Shown one piece after another: positions 36,917 to 50,901 of a DNA stretch of 64,000 bases. Source of the stretch: Squalus acanthias (taxonomy: Eukaryota); contig CM059430.1 in assembly GCA_030390025.1 (NCBI GenBank), forward strand, positions 97,092,001 through 97,156,000. Reading direction: 5' to 3'. Below the pieces are notes generated by a model. The model did no database searches and had not been told where the DNA came from. It worked only from the letters and a program-made list of their open reading frames with translations. How positions within the stretch are numbered: the stretch's first letter is position 1; the number at the start of each line of letters is the position of its first letter. Position numbers and translations under genes: made by a program.

Positions 36917-39807
36917 GACCTCTCCAGAATCCAGGGATTACAACCAATGCATCCACCTCTTTTAAGACTCTAGGATGCAGGCCATCGGGCCCAGGGGACT
37001 TGTCCACCTTTAGTCCCATTAGTTTGCCTAGTACTTTTTCTCTAGTGATAGTGATTGTTTTAAGTCTCCCCCCCCCCTCACCCCAATTGCCCCTTGATTA
37101 CCCATTATTGGGATGCTTTTAGTGTCTTCTACCATGAAGACCGATACAAAATATTTGTTCAAAGTCTCCGCCATTTCCCGTTATTAATTCCCCAGACTCT
37201 TCCTCTAGGGGACCAATGTTTACTTTAGCTACACTCTTCCTTTTTATATAGCTGTAAGAGCTCTTACTATCTGTTTTTATATTTCTTGCTCGCTTACTCT
37301 CTAAGCTATCTTCTCTATCATTTATTTAGTCGTCCTTTGCTGGTTTAAAAAAATTTCCCAATCCTCTGGCCTTCCACTATTCTTCGCAACATTGTACGCT
37401 TTTGTTTTCAATTTGATACCATCCTTTACTTCCTTAGTAAGCCACAGATGGTTCATCCTTCAGAGTCTTTCTTTCTCTCTGGAATATATCTTTGCTGAGA
37501 GTTATGAAATAGCTCCTTAAATGTTTGCCACTGTTTTTCTACAGTGTTACCCTGTAATATATTTTCCCAGTCCACTTTAAACAAGTCTGCCTTCAGACCT
37601 TTGTAATTACCTTTATTTAAGTTCAGGACACCAGCTTGAGACAGAGTTTTCTCACTCTCAAACTGAATTTGAAATTCTACTATGCTATGATCACTCTTCC
37701 CAAGAGGATCCTTCATTTCGAGATCATTAATTAATCCAGCCTCGTTACACATTACCAAATCTAAAATAGTCTTCTCCCTGGTAGGTTCCACAACGTATTG
37801 TTCCAAGAAACCATCCCTTATACACTCTAAGAACTCTTCAAGTCTACCTTTGCCAATTTGCTTTGTCCAATCAATATGAAGATTAAAATCTCCCATGATT
37901 ATAGCCATACCTTTCTTACAAGCCTATTATTTCTTGATTTATACTCTGTCCTACAGTGTGGCTACAGTTTGGGGCCCTGTAGACCGCTCCCACCAGTGAC
38001 TTCTTGCCCTTATTTCTTATCTCCACCCAAACTAATTCTACATCTTGATCTTCTAAGCCAATATCATTTCTCATTACTGCACTGATCTCATCCCTTATTA
38101 ACAGAACTACACCACCTCCTTTTCCTTTCTACCTATCCTTACAAAATGTCAAATACCCCTGAATATTCAGTTCCCAGCCTTAGTCACCTTGCAACCACAT
38201 CTCTATAATGGCTATCAGATCATACCCATTTATTTCTATTTGTGCTGTCAACTCATCTATCTTGTTACGAATGCTGCGTGCGTTCAGATTGAGCTTTTAA
38301 TTTTGTCTTTTTACCATTTTTCCCGACTCTAACCCCTCTTTCTGATGCACTCGTGTATACACTTTGTCCCTTCCTGTCACACTCCAGTTATCATTACCCC
38401 AATCGCTACCCTTCTCATTTTCCTTTGACTTTTTAAATTTCTGCTCAGCAAATCCCCCCACCCCCACTATTTAGTTTAAAGCCTTATCTACAGCCCTAGT
38501 TATTCGATTCGCCAGGACACTGGTCCCAGCCTGGTTCAAAAGAAGCCCGTCCCGACGGAACAGCTCCCTCTTATCCCAGTACCCCAAGAATCGAAACCCA
38601 TTTCTCCCACACCAATCTTTGAGCCACTCATTCACCTCTCTGATCTTATTTACCCTATGCCAATTTGCACATGGCTCAGGTAGTAATCCAGGAGATTATT
38701 ACCTTTGTGGTTCTGCTTTTTAATTTAGCCCCCAACTGCTCACACTCCCTCAGCAGAACCTCTTTCTTTGTCCTATCTATGTCGTTGGTACCTACATGGA
38801 CCACGACAACTGGATCTTTCCCCTCCCATTCTTAGGTTCCTCTCCAGCCCAGAGAAGATGTCCTTTTGCTCTCTACATTTTTCTTGGGGCTGTCTGACTG
38901 CAAAGATCATATCAGTTGTGCCTCTTCCCTTTTTGAACCCATATTGACTTTCTCGCGAGAGGTGAAATGGCTGTTGAACTCTGAAAACACTGTAGTGGTG
39001 CATACTATTCATGATAAATGGTACAGGAGATAAGTGATCAGCAACAAACACCAGTTTTATTTGCCAAAATTATACTGCTTATAAAACTATTTATTAAAAA
39101 CTTCATTTAGATAGCATTTTTGACACTATGAACACAGATCAGGGTATCTTCAAACTATTTTTTTCAAAAAATAAGAGTTTTATTTTTACATCCTTTATGA
39201 ACAAAGCACATTAAACAGATCCTGTGGGCAATATGACTAATAAACAAGCCCTCTCCCAAGTTGATACGTTACCAACATGAATGTATGCTTTGTAGCAACA
39301 TCCTAGATATACTGAATGATTGACCTAAATTAACTACAACTTCTTAGATATCCAAAACAACTAAAATTAGAAGTTTTCATGACATGCACTTAATGCCAGT
39401 ATCTAATGATTTTTGGATATAAATTACTGGTTAATGAAACTATTAAATTATAATTAATGTTTCACTGCAACAGCTATCCCAAACACCACTCAAGGGATAT
39501 ATTTACTTATGGTCCAAGGCTCTTTAAAGACGTTCACCATATTCTGTATGTAATCTTATTATCCATACTCCTTAGATCAGGTTTCTGAAAAGGAACAACG
39601 CTACACTCTCAGGCAGCCTTCTTTCTTCAAGTAGTATGTTATCTATCATACTTCCTCCCTATAGTGGGAACCCAATAATGGTACCATATTTTTCTAATAT
39701 CGTCAGAATTGAATCAATAGGCATTGTGTAATTGTAAATTCAAGTGCCTTTGATACAATTTTCCTTCACTAACACCGTAACACAGGACAAAGGCCCTAAT
39801 GTGGGAA

Positions 39808-39973
39808 TGATGCGGAGATGCCGGCGTTGGACTGGGGTGGACAAAAGTGAGAAGTCGCACAACACCAGGTTATAGTCCAACAGTTTTATTTGAAATCACA
39901 AGCTTGCAGCTCCGAAAGCTTGTGATTTCAAATAAAACTGTTGGACTATAACCTGGCGTTGTGCGACTTCTCA
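39808..39973. mobile_element. miniature palindromic PLE family-2 insertion
   Basis: TSD CTAATGTGGGAA at 39796-39807 and 39974-39985; ~59-bp arms 39847-39905 / 39917-39975. Confidence 0.9.
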
Positions 39974-40309
39974 CTAATGTGGGAAGGCAAAGGAAGAGAT
40001 TAGTGTTTATGGTGATCCTTCATCCACAGATAGGTGCAGTAGTGAACCTTTTTATTTAAAACCATGATCAACATCCTCCCTTAAACTCTTAATAAAAATA
40101 AAGCATAGTGAATGCATTAATCACAATATACCATTTTTGTGGTGGTGGAAATGGGGTCCAGGCATCATAACTTTCAAGGAAAGGGAAGTGTAGCCACAGT
40201 GCAATCAACAAAAGGATAGAATCCATCTTGGAGTCATTTTAAATACTGCTGTACTGAATAATGAGGAAAAATTAGGAAAAAAGTCAACACAGCTGTCCGA
40301 AAAGACAGA

Positions 40310-40315
40310 TTTATT
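40310..40315 (-). promoter_or_regulatory. candidate polyadenylation signal (LRCH2 distal 3' end)
   Basis: AATAAA with downstream TGTGTTGACTTTTTT and several upstream TGTA motifs. Confidence 0.55.
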
Positions 40316-43300
40316 TCTTGAACATGAAACAGTTTATGAAACATACTGTATAATATACATATATGTACAACAGTCTCAGGTTGGGTCATGCATGCAAAAT
40401 GTAATACAAATTATTTACAAAGACATTTGTAGGCTCCATAAGAGAAAACATACATATTTGGGAAAGTTTAACAATTGAATTCATGGTACACACAACTAAT
40501 ATTACAGAAATATACAGAATTTTGTATTAAAATGTTTTGAAAATAAAACACTGCATGAAATGACCTGTATGGAACAAAATAGGGAAATAGGACATCTGTA
40601 GTAAATTTATTTACACATGATTTCAGGCAATCCTATTGTATTGCAAGGAACATATGTTCATGTCAAACTAGTTTTATACTTGTTTTGCTTTATAACTGCA
40701 TCAATGATGTGCCGTCACCAAATTCTCAATTGCTCAAAACCTTTTTTCAGTTGCAGATAACAAGTTTCCACCAGTTTTTTTTTTAATTCATTCACGGGAT
40801 GTCAGCGTTGTTGGCAAGGCCAGGATTTATAGCAAATCCCAAATTGCCCTAGAGAAGGTGGTGGCAAGCTACTGTCTTGAACCGCTGCAGTCCGTATAGT
40901 GAAGGTATTCGCAATGAATAAAAATATGCTAATTACAAAGGTTATTATTTTTTTAACAAATTTTGTTTGCAAACATGTTCCATATACACATTAAATTTCT
41001 ATGTACATTGGACTATTAAAAGAATCATAGGGCATATACTTCCCTGAAATTACAGTAGGACAAACTGGCTAATGTGTTTGAAATTTACAAGATTGATATA
41101 CGAAAAGGAAAGTTTAAACACAACATAAAATATGCATACCGAGTTCTATGTGGGATTTATAATTTGATCTTTGCATCGGATTGTGCAATATGCATTACCC
41201 AGAACCCTAGAATTAGGTCAGTCACCCTGCCTCATTCACCCTATTGCCACATTTTCCCAGTTGAAGCTAACATCTATATCACCATACTCGATTAAAATTA
41301 TACCATTATCCATAACCGCAAAACTGAATATTGAAAACCTGTTACAAGCAACATTTTTATTCTGTTTTGAAAGTTGGTGGTGTCCCATCTGAAAAAAATT
41401 TTTTGAAGCAGGACTAATAATTAAAGAAATCTTACAATAAATCCAGTTTATTATTTCTGTGCAAGTTTGTTCCCTAATTTGGTATGAAATATTCACAAAA
41501 GTGCTCCAAGCTTGGAGAAATGCTTCTGGTAACATAAAAATGTTCACTATTCAAACTACGCACCACTGATTTCACAACACTAACCTATTTATACAGGATA
41601 AATTTGCTTGCAGATGCATGAAAAAGTACAAAGAAAATAGATTACAAAATTAGAGATCCTTCTGCAATTATTTGGCAATCTGCAAATGTCAACATTTCAA
41701 AAACATTAATACAAAGCACATGCGATTGTTAATGTGATATAAATCTCACTCACAATTGGATTCCATTTAGGATAGAACAAAGCCTTATGAATTACATATT
41801 ATCTCCCCTTCCAAAATCTGTAATGCTAAATACTTTCATGGCTGGTGCTCTTGCATACAAAAGGAATCTGATTTAACATTTATGTTAACCTAATTTATGT
41901 TAATAATGTATCTCATGGAATGTGAAAAACTGTGCTGGAAGATATAAAGTGACTGTAGTTCAACACAGGCATTAAATAAGTTTTATTTGGGCCCCAATAG
42001 AGTTTGTGGAAGGAGGAGAGGCTATATCTTTTAGCACACACATTTAGAGTAGAGACTGAGGATGGGCCTAACTTGCCTCTACACAGGTCTAATCAGTCTC
42101 TTTTTCTGAAGGTTTTGCTCCATTCCAAATCTGATTAACATACTGCTGTGTATTTCCTGTCCTGATAATATCCTTATGTACTTCTCCTTGCAACAACTGT
42201 CAGACTCTCATCCAAAGAAATTCAGTAAAATGGAGATTAGTTCTAAAACAGAAATTTTCAAATTCAAGGCTCAAGTTGTGTAGTGATAACCAATAATCAG
42301 CATCCCCATAAAATGTTAATCTGCAATGATCTATCTGAAGTCATTTTAATCATTTGTAAATTTTCTACTGTGAATGTAAGCAATCTTTGCTGCAGTATAA
42401 TTACTTTCCCCCCAAAAAAACTGTTTGAAAATTCAATAAATTAAAGATTTATATTTTCTGAAGAGTAAAAAGATAAACAAAACCTTATACTAAAATATAT
42501 GTAAACAATATCATACACCAAATTAAATAGATGGAAATAAGCTTAAGCTAGAATACCAATTCTGAGGCACAATTTAAAAACTATACAATTAAAATTTATA
42601 AACAATCTATTTGATACGATATGCCAGTTTCAAAACTTGTGCTGTATTCACCTCTATTTGCACAGAATACAGTACCATTTGTCATTGGCATACCAAGGGT
42701 GTACTGAAATAAAACCTGAACACTATACAGCAGTTAAATACATTTCATGATTCACAACCAAGTTACATTTGATTGCATCAAGGAGTCAGCTTACATGCAG
42801 TAAAGTTATTGCTACAGCTTTTAGTATTTTAGTAGAACGGACGCTGACTTAATTGTCAACAGAAGCTGGTGGGAATTAATTAATTCTATTTATTTAGAGA
42901 CTAAGCAAAACCCGTCAGAATTAATTTATATACATTATGAATCAACTGGTGCCTGAGGAAACATCCCATCAAAACTCAATTAGCTAGCACAAACTGCTGT
43001 AACATTCTTTAAGATTAATATATATATATTTTAACAGAAGTTTAAAAGTACATATAAACCTTACTTTTTCATTAGTATCAAACCAATTGAATTGGGGTTA
43101 CCAAGCTAAATTATTGCCATTTTGAAACAAGAGGAGTCAGATTATCCAGCATCTTTGTAGTGACTAGCCGTAAAAATGACATGTTCAAATTAATCTTTTT
43201 ACAAAATGCGTTTCCAGTTACTCTAACTTTACAATTCACATCAGATTACTGCTGATAAGGCAGTCAAGAATGCATTCTGTTCTCATTGCTACATTACTGC

Positions 43301-44110
43301 AACTTTCCTGCATATTTTCTGCCATACCGAATCAATCATAGTGCTTAATTTCTAATGTCAAGGAATTTTCCAGTATTTCAAATGATTGTTATAATGAAGC
43401 TAGAGTGCAAAGATGTTGACGGGCAGAATCTGATGTTGTATTTGCATTTAGTCTACAATTTCAACAACGTGGTCTTCATTAACTCATGGCTAGCAGGTCC
43501 AGGGAAATCCTAGATTCCCTGCGCAAAATGGTTCTGTATGTTTTCAACTAATGCAATAAAAAGCATTCAAATCATCAGGAATAACTTCATGTCCTGTATT
43601 ATGAATTTTAATACAATTAGTAAAAACAAACATATACAAAAATAAAAAATGTAAACACTTGCTTACTTTACCGTCCCTTTTATTAGAATTTTATTTTTGT
43701 TTTACCTCATCTAACCTATCCTATCATTTCTAACTTTTTTAAAACTCAAAAAACAAAACAAAAAATCACATTTAAATCCTTTAATTTTCCTTTTAGTTTT
43801 CCCCCCACCCCAGCACTGAACCTTTATTTTGGAGGCAGGAAAAGGCGTTTTAAAAGGTAAAAGCAGGCAGTTCTTCAACACCAACCCCAAATGTAAACGC
43901 CGTTTCTGCCAAAGTTCTGGCAGATGATCGGGAGTACCCCCAAGGAAATTCCCAGCAATGATTCATAAAGTAAAATAATTTTGTAGAGGCTCATTAGAAT
44001 AGGTCTGTCTCAAAGATAAGGAGAAGCTACAATTTCAGAGAAAAGTAAAATTACACATCATCAGAAAGTCTTCTCCAATCCTTCAATGCATTTCTTAGCA
44101 TACCTTATAT

Positions 44111-44830
44111 TTTGGCCCGCATTTTGCAGTAAAAATAATGGTGAAGATATGAGCACTCACTGCTATTAAACAGCAACTTCTGGCAACCGCACATGCGCAG
44201 TTAAAAGCGGAAATCAGAAAATTACTGTTCAAGTTGCCCTGCTCCTCCAGAGGCGTCGCTGTAACAGTCTCGCGCCGAGACACTCTGTATTGAAACACAT
44301 GGAATGTGCGATAGATACCAACTAAACCAGTCAGAAAAAGTTGGGGCTTGTCCATTCAAGTGCAAGTGAATTTTTAACGGCGTGATAATTCTTAATTACT
44401 GTCAAACAACCTCTACGGCACTGAAAATTAACTTTTATAAGTGTGGAGTCTCATTCCTTCAGAATTTAATTATTGTTGATGTAAAAATTTTTTTAAATGT
44501 AATTTCATTTTCACTTTTTGTCTCTTATGTCTCTTAATCCCATCTTTCTTTCCCTCTCCATTTCACTTTCTGTACATGATTTGGCATTGATTTAACTATT
44601 CTAACTTACATTTCTTGGTTTAGACTTTGCGTGCCTCAGTAAGGATTCTTCAATCTGACTTGTTAAGGAGACACATCATTGCTGGCCCTGTTCACACAGA
44701 TCCCACATTCTCCTGTAGAGAGATGTTTTGGATTTCTAAGTACCGCAAGTTTCAGTGCAAAAGCCCATAGAAAGTCTGTGGGAAAGTGTAAGTGTAATGA
44801 ATGATGAGCGTCGCTCGCTCACCACTGATT
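44111..44830. mobile_element. MITE-like element
   Basis: Starts TTGGCCCGCATTTTGC; related to 33125-33455. Confidence 0.5.
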
Positions 44831-45569
44831 AAGTACCATCTTCAACAGTTCCTATAGTCAGGAGAAAATCTTCCACTAGTTCACAATGGATGAAAACCCT
44901 AATTCATCAACCAGCCCCTAGTTCTTTGTGGCAGGAACAGATTTTAGTCTAGGCTGCAACTGCACAGCAAACGAAGCAACCTGCCAAAAAATTAAACAAA
45001 ATGTCAGAACTGCTGCGAAGACAGGAGCCGTTTGGTAAGAAACTTCTTTAATCTAAAGAAATTATTTCCTTACAATAAGGATACTTTCCAACAGACTTCC
45101 ACAACTCTAAACCTGAAGTTTTATAATCTCCCAGTTTCCAATGGCTAGACCAAAAATAGATTACCCTGGTTTTCGTCACTTGGACCAATGACAGTCAAAC
45201 TGTTTCTTTCTTCTATTAATTTTAATACAAAATGCCTGATGCACTTGCCCATTTCAGTACTCAGTAATAAAAGTGTGCACAAGCAGCAAATGTGTGTGTT
45301 ACTACTTCGCATGTAATTTCAGAATAAAATTTTGTATCCAAATTTCCACTTGCAGAATAAATCACCTCCACTATGGTTATAAACACATGCTACAAATACT
45401 AAGCAAGAAAATGGGACTTTGCTGATCAGTCCTAAGAGGGAATGAAATTCATCACTGGCTTTCTCCAGTGCAAAGATTTCTAGGTTTCTATGTTTGCAAA
45501 ACAACTGAAATGCAGGAAACATCAAAATACTAAAAACAGCTCATTTTATTTGTAACATTTCACACAATT

Positions 45570-46405
45570 TCCCACCCTGACAGTCACCATTGCAACACGC
45601 CAACTGAAATGTCAGCAATGGGTTTGAGGCAAACTGCAAGTTCTTTTGGAGCAGCTGCATTCACACCTCCTTCAATAGCGAAGTGGGCCATGCCAAACCA
45701 CAGCAAGACCTGGATAACATCCAGGCTTAGGCAGGTAACATTTATGCCACATGGGTACTGGGGCAATAACCACCTTCAACGAGAGAACATCTAATCACCT
45801 CCCACTGACAACCTTCAACAGCACCACCATCGTCAAGTACCTGAGCATCAACATCCTGGTGAACAACACCAAGGGTACAAGTGCAGGGCAGATGATGGGT
45901 TCTCTGCAATGAGTGGCTCACCTCTTGACCTCTCCACCAGCTAGAAGGCTCAAGTGAGGAGTGTGAAAGAATACTCAAAACTTAACTGGATGGGTGCAGC
46001 CACAACACTCACTAAGCTCCATGCAGGACAAAGCAGTCTGCTTGATCAGAGCCCCTGCCACTGAACACAATGTCCATCCCCTGCACACTGTCTATCTATA
46101 GAATGTATTGCTGCAACTCTCTAAGCTCACCTTGACAATACCTCTCAGCTCCACGACCTGTACTGCCAAGAATAACAGAGCAGCACTGTCATGGGAACAC
46201 CTTCAAGCTGCACACCATCTGCACTTGGAGATCACCATTCCTTCATTGTCTCTCGGTCAGTATCATGGAATTCCCCACCTGGTATCCTCACTACAAGGAC
46301 TACAGCAGTTCAAAGATTAGGTCCAGCACCCCCACCTTCTCAGGGCAATTTGGGATGGACAATAAATGCAACTTTGTCAGTGTCATTCACATCCTGAACA
46401 AATTG
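45570..46405 (+). mobile_element. old CR1-clade LINE 3' remnant
   Basis: DLDNIQA.WQVTFMP-like peptide remnant; 3' end TCTCAGGGCAATTTGGGATGGACAATAAATG. Confidence 0.6.
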
Positions 46406-47359
46406 GGGAAAAAATCCTACCTTGGTAAATACTCAGTGCTACATTTGTGTTTTAATACTGTGTATATTAAACAAGCTCCTGAATTACCCATAACATTTAT
46501 TTTCCTTTGAACTTTCAATTATTTGACCATTTTAAATCTACAACACTTTCTGTAGGCTTACATATGTAGGCGTATATTATAGGGAGCGGAAAATAGAAAG
46601 TATTCTCTTTCTAGGGAAAATCATTCAAATCTGTCTATAGTTTTGAAATAGAAAATGAAACAATAGTTTAGTTCCCAATTGCTGGTCTCCTGAGGGACAT
46701 CAGCTTTTACCAAGCAATTCAGCTTCTAACATTTTACAGAGCATGTAGTTTCAAACTTGAAACTGTATTTAATAAGGCTGGCATCGGGCAGTTATTTGTA
46801 GTCCTAACATGGAATAGAATGTGCAAAACTGCTTGATCAGTTTCTTATTCCAGACACCACTTAGCCAAGCACTCAACACCAGTCCAGGTATAAATTTATG
46901 AAATTCATAACATGTCCCTGGTAGGTTCTGCTTAGTCAGCATACTGTGTGCTGGAGTCTAAGATTAAAGCTGTGATTGCACTGGTCACCACTTGTGGCTT
47001 ACAGTAACTGATGAAACACTTCTGCTGACATTAGAGCATCTGGAAAGTTCATCAACATGGTTTTGAATACTCCATTTCTGGGGGATTCTATCAGTGAAGC
47101 ACTGGTTTGAGTAAAAATCCTTAGACTACAAAATCTTCAAATTAAAAAGCCCTCATACAGAAAAGTCAAAAATGTTTGGCCCTCTTAATGGAATCCTTCA
47201 GCGTGAAAGGATTTGCCTCAATAGAGGTTGCTCTTAAGAATTTAAATCCTGCACAGCTATTTTGATCAAACCAATACAAACCTTGGCTTCAGCCTCTGCT
47301 TTTAGATGATTATTGCCAACCTTGACGAGTGCCCCAATCGTCCGGTAATTAGTTGGAAG

Positions 47360-48362
47360 GTAGGAGAAAGAGTAGGGATACAGGGATGTGACAAGTGGTG
47401 CTCTCCAAGGATCTGTTCTGGGCCCTCAGCTTTTGACTTGGATAAAGGAATATAGAGTTGTATACCCAAGTTTGCAGATGACACTAAGTTCGGAGGCACA
47501 GTACATTGTGTAGATGGGAGCAGCAAGTTCCAAAGGGACATAGACAGATTAAGTGAACGGGCAAAACTGCGGCAGATGGAGTTCAATATGGGGAAGTGTG
47601 AAGCCATCCATTCTGGATCAAGAATAACAAATCGTAATATTTGCTTAATGATGAGAGATTAGGAACTGTGGAGGAGCAAAGGGATTTGGGTGTCTAGGTA
47701 CACAAATCACTAATAGCTAGTGCACATGTACAAAAAATAATCAAAAAGACGAATGGAAGGTTGGCCTTAATCTCAAGGGGGCTGGAATACAAAGGGGAGG
47801 AAATTGTGCTTCAGTTGTACACAGCCTTGATCAGACCCCATCTAGAGTACAGCGTTCAATTTTGGGTGCCGCATCTCGAAGAATATATTGACCTTGGATG
47901 GGGTGAAAGTGCAGATTTGCCAGAATTATACCAGGGTTTAAAGGATTAAATTATGAGGTCAGGTTGCATAAACTTGGCTTGTATTTCCTTGAGTTTATAT
48001 GATTGGGGGTGATCTAATTAAGGTGATTAAAGTGATAAAAGGATTCAATAGGGTAGCTGGAGAGAAACTATTTCCTCTGCTGGTGGAATCCAGAACAAGG
48101 GGCATAATAAAATTAGAGCCAGGATATTCAGGAGTGAAATCAGGAAGTACTTGTTCACACATAAAAAGTAGAAATCTGGAACTCTCTCCCCAAAAGGCTG
48201 TAGATACTGGGTCAATTGAAATTTTCAAGACTGAGATCGATAGATTTTTGTTAGGTAAGGGTATCAAGAGGTATCAAAGCCAGTTAAATGGAGTTAAGTA
48301 GAAATCAACCATGATCTGTTTGAATGGCAGAACAGGCTGAGTGGCCTACTCCTGTTTCTATG
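47360..48362 (+). mobile_element. CR1 LINE 3' part
   Basis: KFADDTK, WQMEFN.GKCE, RPHLEYSVQFW remnants. Confidence 0.88.
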
Positions 48363-50901
48363 CCAGTTGAAATTGGGAAATTTCCAAGACATCTGCCCCA
48401 TTGTCTTGGAGAACACTGAGAAGTGCATAGATGCTGCTCAAATAGCATCTACCTTAAAGTTCACTCTTTATAAAGGAGCCAGAAAGACTGCAGGATCACA
48501 GAAAAGCTCCACACCATCTCCCCAGTCACAAGGTAACAGAGAATCTTCTTCAAAATACATCAGTTCTGGGATTGTGTAATAACATCCATCTCTTCAAGAT
48601 GCATCTCTCTGATGTGGAGTGTTGCACTTTTTTGGGGGATCTGGCCTGCAGAACCAGTTCTGAAGACCAACTTTTAGTGAGTAGCAGTAGAGAGAGAAAC
48701 CATGCCTTCATCAAGGTAAAAGTCCAACAGGAAGGGAAAACTTAAATGCAGCCTGAACACGTAATGGTACACTTTGCATTGAACAAAATTAATAAAATAT
48801 AAAAAAATGAAAATTCCTTCAAAAGAATCAAAATGAGGATGATGAAATTTCACAACACAAATCAACAGTAGAATTGTTTTTCACCACAAAACAAAGCTTT
48901 CCTCTTAAATCTGGAAACAACAGGTAACAATACCACTGAAAGAAGTGAGCACTGAAAGCAAGCACTTTGCTCAGCAGTTTACCCTCCATGGATGACGGGC
49001 CTATGAGGTATGAGGACAAATGAATAATGAATAGTGGTATAAAGTATTATTTTTCCAAAGTAGAATCTTCCCTCTTCAAATGAAATTTAACCTCCATAAA
49101 TATTCAGGAATGTTCTGCCACCTTTAGGGTGATTTCCTCCCAGCTCTGGCGACTCTCAACCTCACTCATGCCTGGCCCTTAAGTTCTTGTCTGCTGAAGT
49201 TCCAGGTAGGGGTATTTGGATCTAGAGAGCTCTAATTTTGGTGCACACGTGATCAAGTAGCTGGTGAACAATCAAATCACATGAAGAGTGAGATATATAA
49301 AAATATAAAAACTTGAAAGATACAAATAGATATTAAAAAGATTCCCTTCCCCCACCAACAGAAGGCCACAACCCTAAGCTGTGCCAGGTCAGAAACAGAT
49401 GAAGGTTCGACTATGGGATAGTTTGTAGACTCTTGACTGAAGAGTGATCATTTTGTGGCTCAACATGCAGACACTAGTATATGCAGATGCCCTCCAACAG
49501 AGTTCATTAGCATTTGTTTAGTGATATGAAACCCAAACGGGAGGAAAACGTAAGAAAAAAAGTCTTGTGTCCTGTCCATATGTAAGCTAGCATCCTGTGT
49601 ACATTAACCACATTATATTTTATTTTTATGGGAAAGGTTGAAGAGGTGAGTAAGTTATCAGTACTGAAATTTCCTACAGGTAGGAATCAGAAACTATTCT
49701 GGATATGAAAGTGGGGAAATGAGGATTTTGGGAGGCTTTGGCTGATGCCTTGGTTACCCAGTCAATACTGATGGATAGCTTGCTGCCAGCTAAAAGCCTA
49801 CTCAAGGCTGGGTTGTACCTCACTGAACAGCTCTGGTGTCTAGGTCACACCCTGGCATCCAATACTGTAGACGTTGCGCAAGACCCCTTTACCCAACACC
49901 TTGCCCTATGCTGTACAAATTCACAGTAAGGGTCTTGCTTGGTACATCCATGGCAGGCACCTGAACAATCCTGGCTTGTACAACTCCCTCTCCGAACTTG
50001 GGGTTGAAGCCAGTTTTACTGAACGGATTATTGATGTTTCCCTAAATCCAGTACAGACATTCTAGAGGCCAGGAACGCTTCCAATCATTTTTGTGTTATT
50101 AGCTAGCCCTACCCAGCTTTAAGCAAACCTGACATGTATTAAATCTCAAGTAGTATGAGGCAACAGGAACAGTCATGAATGGCCGATATTGAAAAGGCTC
50201 CATGGCGGCACTCAATATAAAAGTACTAGTGTGAACCAGTTGCTGAAACTGGTATGGAAAATCTAGTAGCCCTGAGAAAACAATGGTACTAGAGGGTAAC
50301 CAATTAAATTTAAAACTTACTGACAAAGTCACAAAGCTAAACTAAAGTCACAAAAATGACAAAGCAACCAAAGAAATGTCAGATTATACAAAAAACAACT
50401 GATCCAAAGATCTCTACAGCACTGAAAAATCTTTTTCCTGGTGTGCAAGCAAGCAGGTTAAACAACTTGCAAGTTTGAGTGGGAGAAACATGTAATTTTG
50501 TAGAGCTATGGGGAGGAGGAAGTCACTTGACTAGTACAAATATTTAAATGGGTAGTGCTGCAAGAATGTTTTTTTCCCCTTAAATCTGGATAGAAGGAGC
50601 TTTGTATTTGTTTGTGAAGATTGAGCAAATGATACTTGTTCTGAACTTTCTTGTATGGCAGCTATGGTTAGCTGGGTGCAATTACCTGGCAAAACAGGTA
50701 AACATGGACATTTAATCCAACTATTGGCTTAAGTAGTGAGAGCTGTTATATTGGCTTTTAAAAAAATGTTGGCTTAACTGCTATTTCTGCAAGTATGACT
50801 TTTAAACAGAACTTGGTTTAGCCTTGGCTGTAAAACTGTAACTCAGTCCATGAATGTAACCATTTTATAAATGGTCATTAGCACAGGAAGAGGAACGTTA
50901 G

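Larger units (their letters stand above)
33755..38862 (-). mobile_element. CR1 LINE, 5'-truncated and internally deleted
   Basis: ORF1 esterase end, APE (MGDFN), RT (YLDFQKAFDKVPH, VPQGSVL), 3' (TATGTTC)n tail; same family as 52660-61144. Confidence 0.93.
33460..38960 (-). mobile_element. old RTE LINE remnant split by a CR1 insertion (pieces ~33460-33752 and ~38863-38960)
   Basis: ESQYGFKKGRGTTDMIFAVRQ.QEKCREQ on the right continues into FIDL..REGLWKI and VKQGCVLAP on the left. Confidence 0.7.

Noticed and set aside
48452-48646. AG/GT-bounded segment that could be an extra LRCH2 exon
   Set aside because: No recognisable homology and an early stop in phase 0; cannot be supported without transcripts
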